NCBI GenBank assembly: GCA_036630325.1
Contig: CP142736.1
Location: 248,001-312,000 of the forward strand
Origin: Vairimorpha necatrix
Taxonomy: Eukaryota
Direction: 5' to 3'
DNA: 64,000 bases
Positions within the stretch are counted from its first letter, which is position 1; the number at the start of each line of letters is the position of its first letter. The notes beneath the pieces were generated by a model. The model saw only the letters and a program-made list of their open reading frames with translations. It did not search any database and had not been told where the DNA came from. Below are positions 47,961 through 60,088 of the stretch, piece by piece. Made by a program: the position numbers and the translations under genes.

Positions 47961-50165
47961 CAATGAAGAAAATTTTTAATCGATTATTAAATATATTTCG
48001 GTCTTGTAGGGCACATAACTTATTTCTGTCGATGTATTCGTGTTACCTACTTATAGCCATAGTGATGAATTTTTAATGTTGACTATTTCATTTTATTTGC
48101 CCTAAACAACTTTTTAATTTTTTCGTATTTTAAATTTTTTTATATTCTAAGCTTATTGTTTCATATGTATTAGTGTGTTAACCCGTATTTTTCATTTTTA
48201 ATGGCAATGCACTTTTGCATCGATATTTTTTGTCGATATATGACTTGAAGATTATAACTGTAACAGATCTTACGAAGATGTACTTAAAAACTTTGTCACA
48301 CCTTCGCATATAATAATGTTCCAACATTATTCCGCACGAGATGCCATGCAACCAGTCTTTTTATTTTTCAATATATCGTGAATTTCTAGTCCTTTTGCAG
48401 AATATGATCTTTTTTTGCAAAGCACGGCGCAGCCTCTTCTTTCGTTTATAATTACAATGTAAGCCACAACGACAAGTCACAGCATTGAAGTATAGTCCCA
48501 TCTAGTTCATTATAGTTTAGTTAAGTAAAACTACGTTTCTAATATCACATTCTAGTTTCATTCATTATGCTTTAAGTATTTTTTTGTAAGTTCATTTTCC
48601 TTTTATATTAAAATTTCTTAAAAGCCTTAATTTCGGTAGGTGTATTAAAAGAAAAAAATCTGTTTAAGTAAGATCTTGATACTCAATGAAGATTATCCCG
48701 AGTTGTTTAAAACATAAATGTATAAAATAGGATCTTTCCTTCTTAGATATTACATTGATAAGCAATGATCTAATCAGTCTCGAAAAATACAGCTGCTTTT
48801 GACAAAAATGCTATGATTGAAGTGAATTTTTTTGTAAAAAAATTATATTTTCGCATTCGATATTTTTCTCGCGGGTATTTATACTATATAAAATTATCTT
48901 ATAATAAAATTTTTATTTTTTGTCAAGAATAATATTTTCTGTTTTACTTTTGAATGTATAATCCTGTTTTAATCTTCCTTTTTAATCTTTTATTGTCATA
49001 TTCACGCAATATCCTTCTGTGATCATAAAAGTTTTGTGATATCTCTACACATATTAGTTTTTAAGGCAAACATCTCAAATTTGCCTCAAGACAACTTCGA
49101 GAATTAAATTTATGTTTCTGATATAGTTTTTATACTATCTAGCATTTTAAATCGTCAACGAATAACAAAAAAAACTCTTGATTACTATACTCTTTGTCTC
49201 GTCTTGTCCACCAAGTTGTTCATTTAGCTTCTTATCTATGAGTTCTATGCACAGCACAACATGAAAGAGATAAGCGTATTTACAGGAATTTCTTTTAATT
49301 AGAAATTTTTAATTTTTTGCTCATATCTTGCCTCAAGTGGCAATCTTCTAGCTAGGTCACAAAGAGAGTCATTCATCTTAAAATTTATAATATTTTGATG
49401 CTTTAATGTCTGTATGTTTTACAGTGCCTTGGCCTTGTCTTCGACTTCCATGCTGTTTATACCTAAGTAATGTTGTTGTTTGAAATATTATTTCAAAGCA
49501 TTGCTCATAGTATCTTGAACTTTCATATTTGTCATGAATTTCTCATATAATAATAATTTACAATTAAAATTTTAATCTTATGTGTATTAAATATAATAGA
49601 AACTTATATAAATTTAACATGTTATCGTTCGGTGGTCCTTCGTGAGTTTGATAGGGGGTTGTTATTGAGTGTGCAAGCACATTAGTTGCCTATATAAATC
49701 CTTTTTCATTCAATCTTAAAGTGAATACACGGCGTCTACTTCTTTATGGGTAATTTCAAGCTTTTTAATGATAAAGTAATACGTTTTGCGCCGTATTGCT
49801 GCTTTTAGCTGTCCCTCTTTATATCTATATGTTTTCCATCTATGAAGCAATATTCGCCGATGTTGAATTGAACGTCTTTTAAGGACCCGAAAATTTTTTT
49901 GTCTGTCAATATTTTCGATCGGAATTCTTAAATTTGCAAAAAGGCTAATTATTGCTGCGATTATTTCTCGTTTTTTTTGTTGGATTCTATAAAGGCGAAC
50001 TCAGAACGCACAAATATATGGTTTTCTTTTTAAAAGTGTTTTATCCTTGCTTAATATTGTAACTTTTCTTTTATACATTTTTCCAATAGTTTTACATATA
50101 TTTCCCAACAGCTTTGGCCTCATCAAGGATTATAATTTTTTTAGATTGCTTCTTTTGTTATTTTA

Positions 50166-50214
50166 TGTTATATATTCTTATATTTCTGAACCCCATTTAT
50201 GGTAAATAAATACA
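50166..50214 (+). repeat. 5' LTR of element 2 (49 bp)
   Basis: Direct repeat of 53259-53307. Confidence 0.95.
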
Positions 50215-53200
50215 TGTGGGCGATACCGAATCGTGAGCTAACAAGTGTTGGCTGTTTTCAAGAGGCCAGAAGGTTATTAGAAGAGCTTAAGAGGATTGTT
50301 TATGGACTGATATTGTCTGATTATGATTTTGAGAAAAATGTAAAGAAGGAGATTTTTGAAATGAACTGATGAGTTGAAAGAATTTATGGTTAAGAATATT
50401 AAGATTGGAGATCATTGGAAAGTTATGGAAACCAAATTAGAGGAATTGGTTAAAGTACAGGAGGGAAAGGGTATGAGATTACGGATGATTGAGGAGGTCA
50501 CAAAGATGGTGGCAGAGGAGATTAATAAATATTAGTAGAGAGGAAAGAATATTTGAAAAGAGAGGAACAATGAGGTGTTATAATTGTTCAAGAATGGGAC
50601 ATATAAATCAGATGTGTTATTATAGATATAGAAATGTTAAGAATAAAGACGAATGTGACAAGATTAAAGATGAAGGTAGCAGTAGCTGTGATGAAAGGAC
50701 TTATAGGAACACATAGGATGCTAAAAGACAAAAGAAACAAGAATGGAAGACAAGAATAAAAGATGTTATGATGAGGTAGAAAAGAACGTTCTAACATTAG
50801 AAGACATGAGAAAGAGGTTTAGGAACGTTATAGATAACGAAGAAGAAAAAATAAGATATTGTAATATTGAAAAATGCAGAATCAGAACTGAAGAAGGTAA
50901 AAAAGTTATAAGTAAGGGTCAGCAGGTGCTACAAGCGCATAAAGAAGAGCTGAGAAAATATATTCAGAAGTTAGAGACAAGGAATGTCATAAGAAGATCG
51001 ACGTCGGAATGGAGAAATCCGATTAAAGCTTTAATTAAGCCAGATGGAAGTATAAGACTGGTTAGCAATCTCATGGCATTAAATGATTTAGTGGAGAAAG
51101 ACCCTTATGAATTGGTGAACATTAGGGATATCATAAGGAACACGCAAGGGTCGAAGTTTTTCAGTGTTATAGACCTTAAGGAGGCTTTTTATGGAATCGA
51201 AATAGAGGATCAAGACAAGCATAAGACTGCATTTGAGTATGATAAGATAGTATATGAATGGAATAGTATGGTCATGGGGTTTAAAAACTCGCCTCAGATC
51301 ATGCAGAGAATTATGAATAAGATTTTTGAAAAACATTTGGGTGGTAAAATAGAAGTATACATGGATGATATAGTGATTCATGCGAAGACTAGAAAAGAAC
51401 ATGATAAATTATTTGTAGAAGCGATGAAATTGTTAGAACGGAATAATATGCGGATAAATTCAAAGAAAATTAAGTATTGCCAAAAGGAAGTCAAGTTATT
51501 GGGAGTTACATTAAACGGATATGATATGATGCCGTCTGAAATCAAGAAAAACGAAGCACTAGAGTTTCCAACGCCGCAGAATGTGTCTGACATAAGAAGA
51601 TTTTTAGGACAAAGTGGATGGTTTCGAGGATTTATTAAGAATTATGCGGAGAAGACATTATATATGACTGAAAGTTTGAAAGGTAAAAGTAAAGTATTGA
51701 ATTGGACTGATGACTTAAATAAAGAATTCGAAAATATGAAGGAAACGTTAAGAAGTATGAGTAAGTTGAAAATTGTGAACTATGACAAAGAATTTTTATT
51801 AAGAACTGACTCGAGCAATATAGGAATGGGCGCAGTACTCATGCAGAAGAATGATAAAGAAGAGTGGGTGCCAGTACAATGGGCATCGAAGAAATTCACC
51901 TCGACGTAAACTAGATATGGTATAAGTGAAAAGGAAATGTATGCCATATCTTGGGGAATAAAGAAATTTGAGTATGAGTTAAGAGGATGAAAATTTAAAG
52001 TAGAAACGGATCACAAAGCATTGGCGGAAATAAGAAGAAAGCCGTGTTTTAATAATAATAGAATTAATCGATGGATTGAAAAGATCCAAAAATTTGACTT
52101 TGAAATAGATTACAGGAAACCAGAACATATGGTCGTGGCGGATGCTTTGAGTAGGATACACGAGGAGGTTGATCCGAGAAAAGAAATTATAAAAAAAGAA
52201 GTGGGCGTCAAATTGAAGGTAAATGGTTGAAGCACGTCGAGACAATAGACGGTAAAGAATACTGGAATTTTGATTCGGGGAGGAAAGCATTGATTCCTAA
52301 AATAGAAGAAAGAGATGAGCCTATGAGACGTTATCATGAAGAGCATGGACACAGAGGACTAGGAAGCATGTATTATGCCATAAAGTTTGATTATTATTGG
52401 CCAGGAATAAAAGAAGATATAGTGAAAATGATAAAAAGATGCGAGGAGTGTCAAATTTACAATAGGAAAAGATCTGGAGGATTTGATTTTGTTGCTAAAA
52501 GCAGGTATTTAAAAAAAGTAGCGTTAGATTTAATTGATTTTAGAGATAAGGGCAAATATGTATTAGTTGCGATAGTTTACCATACGAGGATAACGTGGGG
52601 ATGTGTATTATACGATAAGAAGAGATCCTCTGTGGCCCAGTTTATTGAGAACTTATGTAGAAATGGCAGGAGGCCGAAGGAAATAATAACGGATAATGGG
52701 AAGGAATTTGATAATGTTGACTTTAAGATTTGTGTAGAAAATTGGATATTACCCATAATAAGGTAGTGTCGAGTCTCATAGAAGCAATGGTAGAGTTGAA
52801 AGAGTTATAGGAATGCTGAGAGAGCTAATGTTGAATTGAGCAAAAAGACGGCGAGTTTTGAAGACATAGTGATGGATAGCTTTAAAATTTATAATAATAG
52901 TTACCATGAAGGTATAAGAAGTACTCCCAATGAAGCGGTAAAAGACAATACGGGGAAAATGATGATATTAAATGGACCAGAAGGAGAGGAGACTACAGTA
53001 AAAGATTTGTTAGAATATATAGAGAGCGGTTTATTGAAGGACAACGAGTTAGGATAGCTAAGAAAGAAATATCAAAGGATGTAATAAATATGAAAAGGGG
53101 AATGTTTTTAGACGAAGGTATTATAATGGTGGTATGCCCTGGGGACTCGTATGTTGTATAGCTATCTAATGGGCGATATGTTAAAAAGAGACATTATGAC

Positions 53201-53258
53201 TTGAAAAATCTGCTTAGGGTCGATGGTGATGTAGGAGACTAACCGTCTTGGAGGGGGA

Positions 53259-53307
53259 TGTTATATATTCTTATATTTCTGAACCCCAATTATGGTAAAT
53301 AAATACA
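53259..53307 (+). repeat. 3' LTR of element 2 (49 bp)
   Basis: Direct repeat of 50166-50214; preceded by the PPT and followed by the TSD. Confidence 0.95.
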
Positions 53308-53679
53308 TTTTATATTTATCTTGATTTTTTTGTTCTCATTGTATTGAATAATAAGCTCATTCAGCTTATAAGTTCTCTTCGCCCTTCTAGCGCTCATTCA
53401 AGGTGCTATTTTTTATTTTTTATACATTAATGTCTATAATAAATAAATCTTTCTAATTTGAAATAATAAAATAATAATGCAAAAAGATAAATTTAATATT
53501 AAGAAACGTACAACGCAAATATTTCTAAAAATTATCAAATTTATGATTTAAGCTTTTAATTAGCCTAACGTAAATAAAAATTTTATATCGATACCATAAT
53601 CTATATATTAAAATTTTTAAAAAGTAAATATAATTAAATGCTGATATCTTTCATATAATACAGTAGTACAATGAATTAT

Positions 53680-54744
53680 TTATTTCTTATGTGCAGAAAA
53701 ACCAAAGATCACAAATAAGCATAAGGAAAACAAGCCGAACCCTTTTTGCTGTAAATTTTTTTAGGCAAAAATTTAATGATAAAATAAGCCAAAACACATA
53801 TACTAGAAACTAATACTATATAGTTACACATATATGCATTAGGAAATATATTCAATACAGAGGAAACATTAGTAGAAATATCTGTAGAAGGTATCAAAGC
53901 CACTGAAGTAGAGTCGTTTGTAAACTATTTTGATCCTTTTTTAACTCCATAATGTTAAAATTAGGTTCGATTTCTTGATAAAATCTTCTGATTTTTAAAA
54001 ATTGTTTAAAGATGTTTTATTTCTTGTCTGTCTTTTGCCTCTAAACTCGTGTCTTATATCAATGTCAGCACTGGGTGGTTCGAGAAGTCGTACTTGTGTT
54101 TTAAAATATCCAACTACCTCATTATGGTAACGTTGATCATTTTCATTAAACACTCTTTCGTGATTAATGTTTATATTCCTCCTTCGACGTTCAGGTACAC
54201 ATTTGTTTAAAACTCCTTGTTTGATGAAAATATTCTCTTCATACGACACGTCTCCTTCGCATGCTTGTATGACTAAATTTTTGGCACATCTTAGTTTATC
54301 AAAATGTTCTTGTTGAATACAAGTCCCTTTATTGCACTCTTCGTTAAAAGTTTCCGCCGCATTTACGAGCCTGTCTTCTACGAATTTATTAGTATCTTCT
54401 TCTTTTAATCTTCTTACCAAATCATGTCTACCAAGTACTTCACCCTCCTCTTGGTTGTAACAATTAATATTTGTATCTGTATCATATAATATATGAGTAT
54501 ACCAATCACAAACAGGATTTGACCAACCTTTAAATTGATTGCGAGCCAAATTATAAAGGTTAACCAATCTTCCATCATCACAATTGACACATTGGTTGTA
54601 TTTTCCAGTAGACGCCTCAGATAATTTTTTTGTGAACATATATTAATTGAGTGTTGTCTTCACAATGCCTATTAGCATACATTATTTCAAGATGCAAATA
54701 TTTTAGCTAATTCTTTGTCAGATATATAATTTCGTTGCGCACAT
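53680..54744 (-). pseudogene. Cys-rich membrane-anchored family, copy C (frameshifted)
   Basis: ORF fragments 53995-54639 and 53709-53903 match copies A/B; CCC-ATG at 54744; RNKR changed to RNKT. Confidence 0.85.
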
Positions 54745-55014
54745 GGGATGAAAAAATTTTATACATATAAATACACGTCAAAAAAAAATTTCATTTTTTA
54801 ATACCTAACACAAAATATAGTTTTAATTTTGATAATTAATAGCTAAAAATAATTTTTGTTTTGTTTATAATACCATTCAAAACAAACTATAGTTTATATC
54901 AACAAAAACATTAAAATTACATATCGAACACATGTACAAGTTACATGGGTTTGAAATTAATTTTTTTATTATGATAAAAAAAAGTCTGATATTAAAAATG
55001 CATAGACGAGATGT

Positions 55015-55270
55015 TTCTAAATTTAGACTTTGCAAACATAGAATTACATGTCAGTAAATATACACTTTGCAATAAAAATTTTATGGTATTTAATATACTC
55101 TTTGCAAGAAATAAATACATTTGTTGAATATATACTTTGCAACCATAAAATTACACGTTATTAAATAGAACTAGGAAAGATTAAAATTCATGTTATTTAA
55201 TATAAACCTTGCTATAAAAAAATTACATATTATTAAATATGCACTTTGTAAGAACAAAATAACACGTTAA
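55015..55270. repeat. Degenerate ~40-bp tandem repeat
   Basis: Recurring ACTTTGCAA...AATTACA units. Confidence 0.55.
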
Positions 55271-55506
55271 ATTTCATGTCATTTAATTGATTTGTTTATA
55301 CTTGAAATAATTATATCTTCGACTTCATGTCAAACATTTAATATAAGAATTTCATTTTACATGTCAAAATTTCATATGTTATACAGAATGAACGTACAAT
55401 CATGCATTTTAGAAACTGTTCTTGTACGCACAAAAAAAGTATATACGAATCTAGACAATATAAACTTATATTAATAAAGTTTTAAAGAATGTAATACATT
55501 ATATTT

Positions 55507-56255
55507 GGATGTTACAGAATCGCCTTTTTAGCACATAAATTAGCGTCAAAGGCGGAGCATTACATTGACATAACTAAATTTAAATACGAGGCATCAAAAG
55601 GCTTCTACTTTGTTCGATGCAGTATAAATCTCATGAATACTATAAACTTGACAAAAAAATGTTTAAAAATTCAATACACATTGTAAGCGTTCAATAATAG
55701 GGAGTTAAAGCTTGAAAGATATACTAAAGTAATATCGAAATAATATTACTCTTGTAGTGATTTATCGATACAAAAGAATTCGCCCACGCAAATCTAATTC
55801 GGAGGCCATAGCTAATTTACTCTTAAATGATTTTTGCGCTAATCAGAAGAATATGCAAGGAAGATCAATAGAAGGCCTTTGGTCTCCAACATGATTCTTT
55901 GACGTTTTGGACGAAATTGGTCTAAAACTAGTGGTCAGCACAGTACAATTTTAAGTTTGGCTGGTGATGTGACGACGTAGATAATTGTAGGAACATTCGA
56001 AATAGTATGTGGATCTATTTAGGTTAATAATCCCGTTCACGTCTTATATATCTGCTGCGAGGTCACTCTGGACTCTATTTTATTGCAATTTAAAACTTCT
56101 AGTGTCAAAGTCAAATGAATGTGTCGAAACATTATGCGCTGGAAACTTACATGGATAGAGTATGGCGTCTAAAAAACTCACAAAACAGGTTGGTTTAGTA
56201 CCGCGCATTCATCCTGCCCCTATATACTACCTCCCTAACATTTATCCGAAAAAGG
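55507..56255 (+). mobile_element. Diverged second copy of the SINE
   Basis: Colinear matches to 10389-11180: GGCA.CAAAA..TTCTAC..GATGCAGT, ACATGATTCT, GGCTGGTGATGTG, TATC.GCTG.GAGGTCACTCTGGAC, CAAAGTC.AATG; ends approximate. Confidence 0.7.
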
Positions 56256-56357
56256 GCAAAATGACTTCATGAGAGATTTTTAAATAAGAGATTGTTTATA
56301 ATAAATCAAACAATTGAATGTGGATTGTCTCAAGACATGATGGTTTTTTTTATATGT

Positions 56358-56849
56358 CTAATTGTCTTTACATTTTGTTATAAACCAGTCAAATGGTTCA
56401 ACCAAGCTTTCGTATTCAACTCCACTCACATTATAAATCCGTACATTCTCACTATATTTCACCACATCTTTAGCTTTCTCAATTAGATCTCGTTTATTCC
56501 CCAATATCAAGACTGGTACATCAGGAACAGTACACAATATTTTTTCAAGACAAGAATCGTCTTGTGTAGTCAAATCGTACACAAATATTAGACCATCACA
56601 TTTTTCGAAATAATTATCCCAGTACTCTCTGAAGATAGACTGACCTCCTACGTCATAAACAAGAAGAGAGATGTCGTTGTAAGTACAAGAATATAAAGAG
56701 TATCCGAATGTTGGATGAATATTACAAGTTTGTTTGTTGAAGATGTTTTGTAAGATTGTTGTTTTTCCGGCGTTGTCTAAGCCTACGCAGACTAGTTTTA
56801 AGTGACTGTTTTCTTTTTTTAGTTTTTCGACGAGTTTAAAGAATGTCAT
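56358..56849 (-). CDS. ARF-like small GTPase (Arl2-like)
   Basis: GLDNAGKTT, PTFGY, DVGGQ, YWDNYFE, GNKRDL. Confidence 0.93.
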   Translation of the reverse strand: MTFFKLVEKLKKENSHLKLVCVGLDNAGKTTILQNIFNKQTCNIHPTFGYSLYSCTYNDISLLVYDVGGQSIFREYWDNYFEKCDGLIFVYDLTTQDDSCLEKILCTVPDVPVLILGNKRDLIEKAKDVVKYSENVRIYNVSGVEYESLVEPFDWFITKCKDN

Positions 56850-57061
56850 ACGAGAATAGGGAATCTATTAGTAAAAAATTTTATTTTTTTTCCTTTTTAC
56901 AATTATAGGCTTTAAAAACTTTTCTGTAATTCAGGACTATTTTATGTACCATATTATTTCATAAAGCTTTTCCTTTGATTTTTTCATTATTTTTTCAATT
57001 ACATTTGTATTTTACATCTATTTGATTGTTGCTTCAATTATCTGTAATTTTAATTTTACAA

Positions 57062-57134
57062 GCTCCGATGGCGTAATGGCTAACGCGTCTGCCTTCTAAG
57101 CAGAAGATTGCGGGTTCGAGTCCCGCTCGGAGTG
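57062..57134 (+). tRNA. tRNA-Arg (anticodon TCT), intronless
   Basis: Acceptor GCTCCGA/TCGGAGT, anticodon arm TCTGC-CTTCTAA-GCAGA, T arm GCGGG-TTCGAGT-CCCGC, downstream T run. Confidence 0.97.
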
Positions 57135-57224
57135 ATCCTTTTCAAAAAATAATGGATTTCATATTTTGTTGAGTTGATTTCATAGTTATTTTGTATTGAA
57201 TATCCAAAGATTATAAATACCATG

Positions 57225-58237
57225 GGCTAAAGTTAGCTTTAGCTAACAAAAATGCATATAGGGTTTTTTTTCTTTTTTTTGCCCCTTTTTTAAAAAATGG
57301 AGGAGAGAAAACGATGAGGAAGGAACAAAAACAAAAATCAGAACAATAAATTTAATAATGCATCAAAAACAGAATTAGATGCATTTCTTCATAGTATACC
57401 TAATAAATAAAATTTGGCACTATTTGCAGACCTATTTCGGTTAGGTATAGAATTTTTGAGTGATCTCAATTACCTTCTATGGTATTGGTATGAACCCCAG
57501 TATTAGGATCTCGAAAGTGTAATGAGTGGTTGACCATGTGATGTTGCTTGGAATCATTACCCAAGGAACGGTAAGCCTTCCACATATCGCTGTATATAGT
57601 ACTTTCCGTGCTCACATATTTTAATAAAAGGTCAGTAAGTGCTTTTTTATCTCTTTTTTTAATATACGTAATATTTATAGTTTGTTTTAAAAAACGCTCT
57701 ATCATTCCAAAACACCAAAACCCTTTCACTAGTTTACTTCTATATTACTTATTTTTCCAATTTTAGTTTCATTATTTCTAATATAATATCTCCCCTGCCC
57801 ATCTTGTCCAAAGATGATAAATATTTATCATAAATGTCTATTTGCTTTAGCTTTTTTAAATATAATGATTTTGAAGGTTTTGAACAACATAAAATTTGGC
57901 TAATATACTTACGAGGATATCCTAGAAGCCACAAATTAAGTATCTGCAAAATTGTGATATGATCGAGTCTAAAGTTTTCAAAGAATGTGCCTTCCACATT
58001 GAAATGTCTTCCTACAGTCCTTCCAAGTACATTTTAAGATAGTGACCTGTTTACTAAACAACCTCATTCTACCATTACACACTTTGGATAACTGTTTCTT
58101 TTTTTGTCAAATAAATTATTATAGACTGTTTCCATTTCTGCTCTAGTCATAATTGTCTCCTCCATTTTTTAAAAAAGGGGCAAAAAAAAGAAAAAAAACC
58201 CTATATGCATTTTTGTTAGCTAAAGCTAACTTTAGCC
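57225..58237 (-). mobile_element. Merlin DNA transposon with broken transposase
   Basis: Perfect 8-bp TSD ATACCATG; ~80-bp near-perfect TIRs GGCTAAAGTTAGC...; SDMWKAY, VNHS, HTNTIEGN. Confidence 0.95.
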
Positions 58238-58295
58238 ATACCATGTTTTCAAATTATCTTAATTTTTTTTTAAAATTTTTCTCTTTTTTTATGCC

Positions 58296-59570
58296 ATGCA
58301 TAAAAAGCTAATAAATCTACAGGAGAAATTAGAAGAAAGAGATCTTCCAGAATATTCTTCATTTTTACCTCCAGAATTAAGAGATTGTGACACAAGACTG
58401 GAAAATATTTTCACTGAAGATATTTTACCACTAGTAAGTAATGATAATTCTTTACTTCCTCTTTTACACTCCTACACAAATTTACCAATAGAATGCAATT
58501 TAGAAGAAATTTCTTCACTTTTAAAAAACTACCAACCAGTCAAATCTTCTTTTTTTGATTCAGAAATTAAGAAAGAATACACTGATGGATTTAAAACAGC
58601 CTCAAATAAAGAATTAAATAATAAAGAATTAAATAATAAAGAATCAATTAATAAACAAATAGATAAAGATTTAGACAAAGAATCAAATATAGAAAATAAT
58701 ATTTTAGAAAGAATTAAAAGTGAAATATTAGAGAATATAAATAATATATCATGGGATGACGTGGTTGGCCTAGAAAATGTTAAGAAAATTATTAATGAGA
58801 TAGTCGTCTGGCCAATGCAGAGACCAGATTTATTTACAGGATTAAGAGGTCCTCCTAAAGGATTAATGCTTTTTGGGCCACCTGGAACAGGAAAGACAAT
58901 GATAGGCAAATGTATAGCAAGCCAATGCCAGGCGACATTTTTCAGTATAAGTGCCAGTTCTTTAACCAGTAAATGGGTAGGAGAAGGCGAGAAAATGGTC
59001 AGGGCTTTATTTTACTTAGGTAGGAAAATGCAACCCAGTGTCATTTTCGTAGACGAAATTGACAGTTTATTAAGCCAAAGATCAGAAAATGAAAATGAAG
59101 GAAGTAGAAGAATAAAGACGGAATTTCTTGTACAATTTGATGGGGCGGCGACTTCTAATGATGATAAAATCTTAGTAATTGGTGCTACTAATAGACCACA
59201 AGAAATAGATGAAGCTGCAGTAAGAAGATTAGTAAAAAGGGTTTATGTTTGTTTACCTGAAGAAAAAGCGAGAATTAAAATGATAGAAAATTTGGTAAAA
59301 AATTATAAAAATAATTTGTCAAATTTAGATTTGATAGAAATTGGGAAGATGACTGAAGGGTATTCTGGGTCAGATATGTTTAATTTGTGTAGAGAGGCGT
59401 CATTAGAGCCTTTTAGAGAAATAGAAGATATTAAGAATTTTAAGACTGAAAATGCGCGAGATATAAAAGTCGAAGATTTTATTAAGGCAGTAAAACAAAT
59501 TAAGAAGAGTGTGAGTACACGAGATTTAGAATTATATAAAAAGTGGAATGATCTGTATGGATCAAAATAA
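58296..59570 (+). CDS. Fidgetin-like AAA ATPase
   Basis: [61 protein letters not shown]. Confidence 0.95.
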   Translation: MHKKLINLQEKLEERDLPEYSSFLPPELRDCDTRLENIFTEDILPLVSNDNSLLPLLHSYTNLPIECNLEEISSLLKNYQPVKSSFFDSEIKKEYTDGFKTASNKELNNKELNNKESINKQIDKDLDKESNIENNILERIKSEILENINNISWDDVVGLENVKKIINEIVVWPMQRPDLFTGLRGPPKGLMLFGPPGTGKTMIGKCIASQCQATFFSISASSLTSKWVGEGEKMVRALFYLGRKMQPSVIFVDEIDSLLSQRSENENEGSRRIKTEFLVQFDGAATSNDDKILVIGATNRPQEIDEAAVRRLVKRVYVCLPEEKARIKMIENLVKNYKNNLSNLDLIEIGKMTEGYSGSDMFNLCREASLEPFREIEDIKNFKTENARDIKVEDFIKAVKQIKKSVSTRDLELYKKWNDLYGSK

Positions 59571-59831
59571 AAAGGAAAGGATTAAGGATATATAGTGAAT
59601 GTCATCTCTAGTATATTAATGACTTAAAAATAAATCAAATTCTAAAATGACTTTAGAAAGCCTAACTATGTTAGCCAGACATGAGCTTGATACTGAACAG
59701 GAAGGGGTATTCGAGAGCCCAATGAGTTAATCTCAAAAGGAAGTCCTGGAACTGCCAGATGAGACTGTAAGCGTATCTTGTGAAAAGTAATTAATAAGCC
59801 GAATATTATACCCAAATAAATTATATATCCT

Positions 59832-59983
59832 TCTAAAATGCTTAATTTCAAGCTAGAATATGCTTAAAGATGTCTTCTTAAATAATAGCGCTTATAAATA
59901 AATCTTATTCTAAAATGCTTAATTGTAAAGAAGAGTATGCTTAAAAATGTCTTCTATAATAATATCGCTTACGAATAAATCTA
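59832..59983. repeat. ~76-bp tandem duplication upstream of the sirtuin gene
   Basis: TTCTAAAATGCTTAATT...TATGCTTAAA.ATGTCTTCT...AATA.CGCTTA..AATAAATCT twice. Confidence 0.75.
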
Positions 59984-60088
59984 TAAAATTCTCATTTATA
60001 AAATAATATGCTTACATGTGTCATCTTAAAAATTCTTCAAATTATTTGTTACAAAATCATTACTTTTTTGTAACCCCCCTATCTTGGT

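Larger units (their letters stand above)
50166..53307 (+). mobile_element. Ty3/gypsy LTR retrotransposon 2 (gag-RT-RH-INT), decayed
   Basis: 49-bp TG..CA LTRs with 1 mismatch, TSD TTTTA, PPT GGAGGGGGA at 53250-53258; CYNCSRMGHINQMC, YMDD, RNase H and integrase HHCC/TDNGKEF. Confidence 0.95.
46750..53500 (-). mobile_element. Old decayed RLE-type LINE hosting nested insertions
   Basis: Homologous to 38750-41950; YYMRRxDKV knuckle-associated motif at ~48290-48350; boundaries approximate. Confidence 0.5.

Noticed and set aside
59660-59670. CCTAAC as a telomerase template
   Set aside because: Too short, and it lies within a hairpin stem; a chance match is likely.
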